From assembly GCF_000143415.4 (NCBI RefSeq), contig NW_003314334.1, forward strand, positions 637,614 through 701,613: a stretch of 64,000 nucleotides of DNA. The letters run 5' to 3'. Origin of the DNA: Selaginella moellendorffii (lineage: Eukaryota > Plantae > Lycopodiophyta). The translations under genes and the position numbers were made by a program. Within the stretch, counting starts at the first letter, position 1; each line of letters opens with the position of its first letter. Positions 62,961-64,000 of this stretch are shown piece by piece. A model generated the notes under the pieces. The model was not told where the DNA came from and did not search any database. It saw nothing but the letters and a program-made list of their open reading frames with translations.

Positions 62961-64000
62961 TTGTTATTAATTTAAATTAATATTGCATCTATTAATTTAT
63001 AAACATGTTAATAATTTATAAATTTTTCTAAACACTTTCTAGTATATTCTGTTTTATTCTATTTTGTTTTTATAAATTACAAACATGTTTATTATTTATT
63101 GATCAAGTGGATTAGAAATAACAAACCAAACGTTGATGCACTGGAAATTATTATAAATTCTCTACATAATATCTAAAATTATTGCAATAGTTCAAATGTT
63201 GAGCAACAGCCTTATAAGCCAATTGCCGCCTTGCCTCGGGGGTGGTCATCATGAGCACTGTCAATCGCCCTGGTACACTGCACCATCTTTGCTTGCTGTC
63301 TTTGTACTTCGAGAAAAATTGTCAAGCATAGTGGACATAGCACTAAAGCATGTTTAAGTCATAAAGATGGTGTGTTCCTTGTAGCGTAAATATGGAACTT
63401 CCACAGAATGTTTACTGCCAAGAGAAAACTCCCCAAGCAAATTGATCTGGGCCATGTGTCCTGACCAAAGCGTTTTTTCCGAGTTTCACGAAAACCAAAA
63501 TCACTTTGAGGACTCAGTGAGCATAAACCTGTAGTCAACTTACATTAGAGGAGTTTCAGAGGCTTATCTAGTGCGGCCCAGCACCAGATACAAGAATATG
63601 AGCAAAATAAGCCGACTCCAAAAGCACGTTGGCTTTCTTCAGACTAGACTCCCAGTCAGTGTAAACCGGTAACACATGGTTTACATTGCTACACTGAGCA
63701 GCAAAAGCGGGAGTCTAATATCATCCCCACTTCTTTTCTGGAATACCTTATTAAGAAACACAAACACAAGCTCAAGTCCATACCTCAGAAGCACAAAAAC
63801 GAACCCGCCTCCTTTGGCGTCCAAGCCCTCCACCAAGCTCTGACGTCTAAAGCGCGCTCGTTAAATGAGGTGAGCATGCAGTCATGCAACCAGCTTTCCA
63901 CGCCTGAGAATGAAAGATAGCTGTGTCACTAATTCAATACAAGAGAACCACCAGGAGCTTGGATTTGAGTAGTGCGATTGCTTTTATCTTGTTTGAAGTT

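Overview
Eukaryotic land-plant nuclear DNA. The very short introns (mostly about 45-70 nt), tight gene packing and intronless PPR genes with long runs of 31-aa S-type repeats point to a lycophyte such as Selaginella moellendorffii; this is an inference, not a search result. The first ~48 kb is gene-dense: VPS52, a PIP-family NmrA-like reductase, a divergent AUX1/LAX-like carrier, KARI, a PLS PPR, NUP107, a P-class PPR (At1g10910-like), an Elongin-B-like protein, an alpha/beta hydrolase, a GPI-type nsLTP, a decayed SEN1/UPF1-like helicase, a PATROL1/DUF810 protein, a BTB protein, an orphan ORF, a 4CL-like ligase, an LRL bHLH, EB1 and plastid TPI. A duplicated and decayed block at ~31.5-36.2 kb holds a ~1.1 kb fold-back of a Ty3/gypsy remnant. 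The last ~16 kb is a mosaic of PPR and NUP107 fragments, a non-LTR retroelement 3' end, AT-rich fossil repeats and a cluster of very divergent multi-TM genes. Their helix spacing and loop motifs suggest a lineage-specific SWEET/MtN3-like family, and one member carries a new Cys-rich N-terminal module. All family calls come from manual motif recognition, and exon boundaries and pseudogene limits are approximate.
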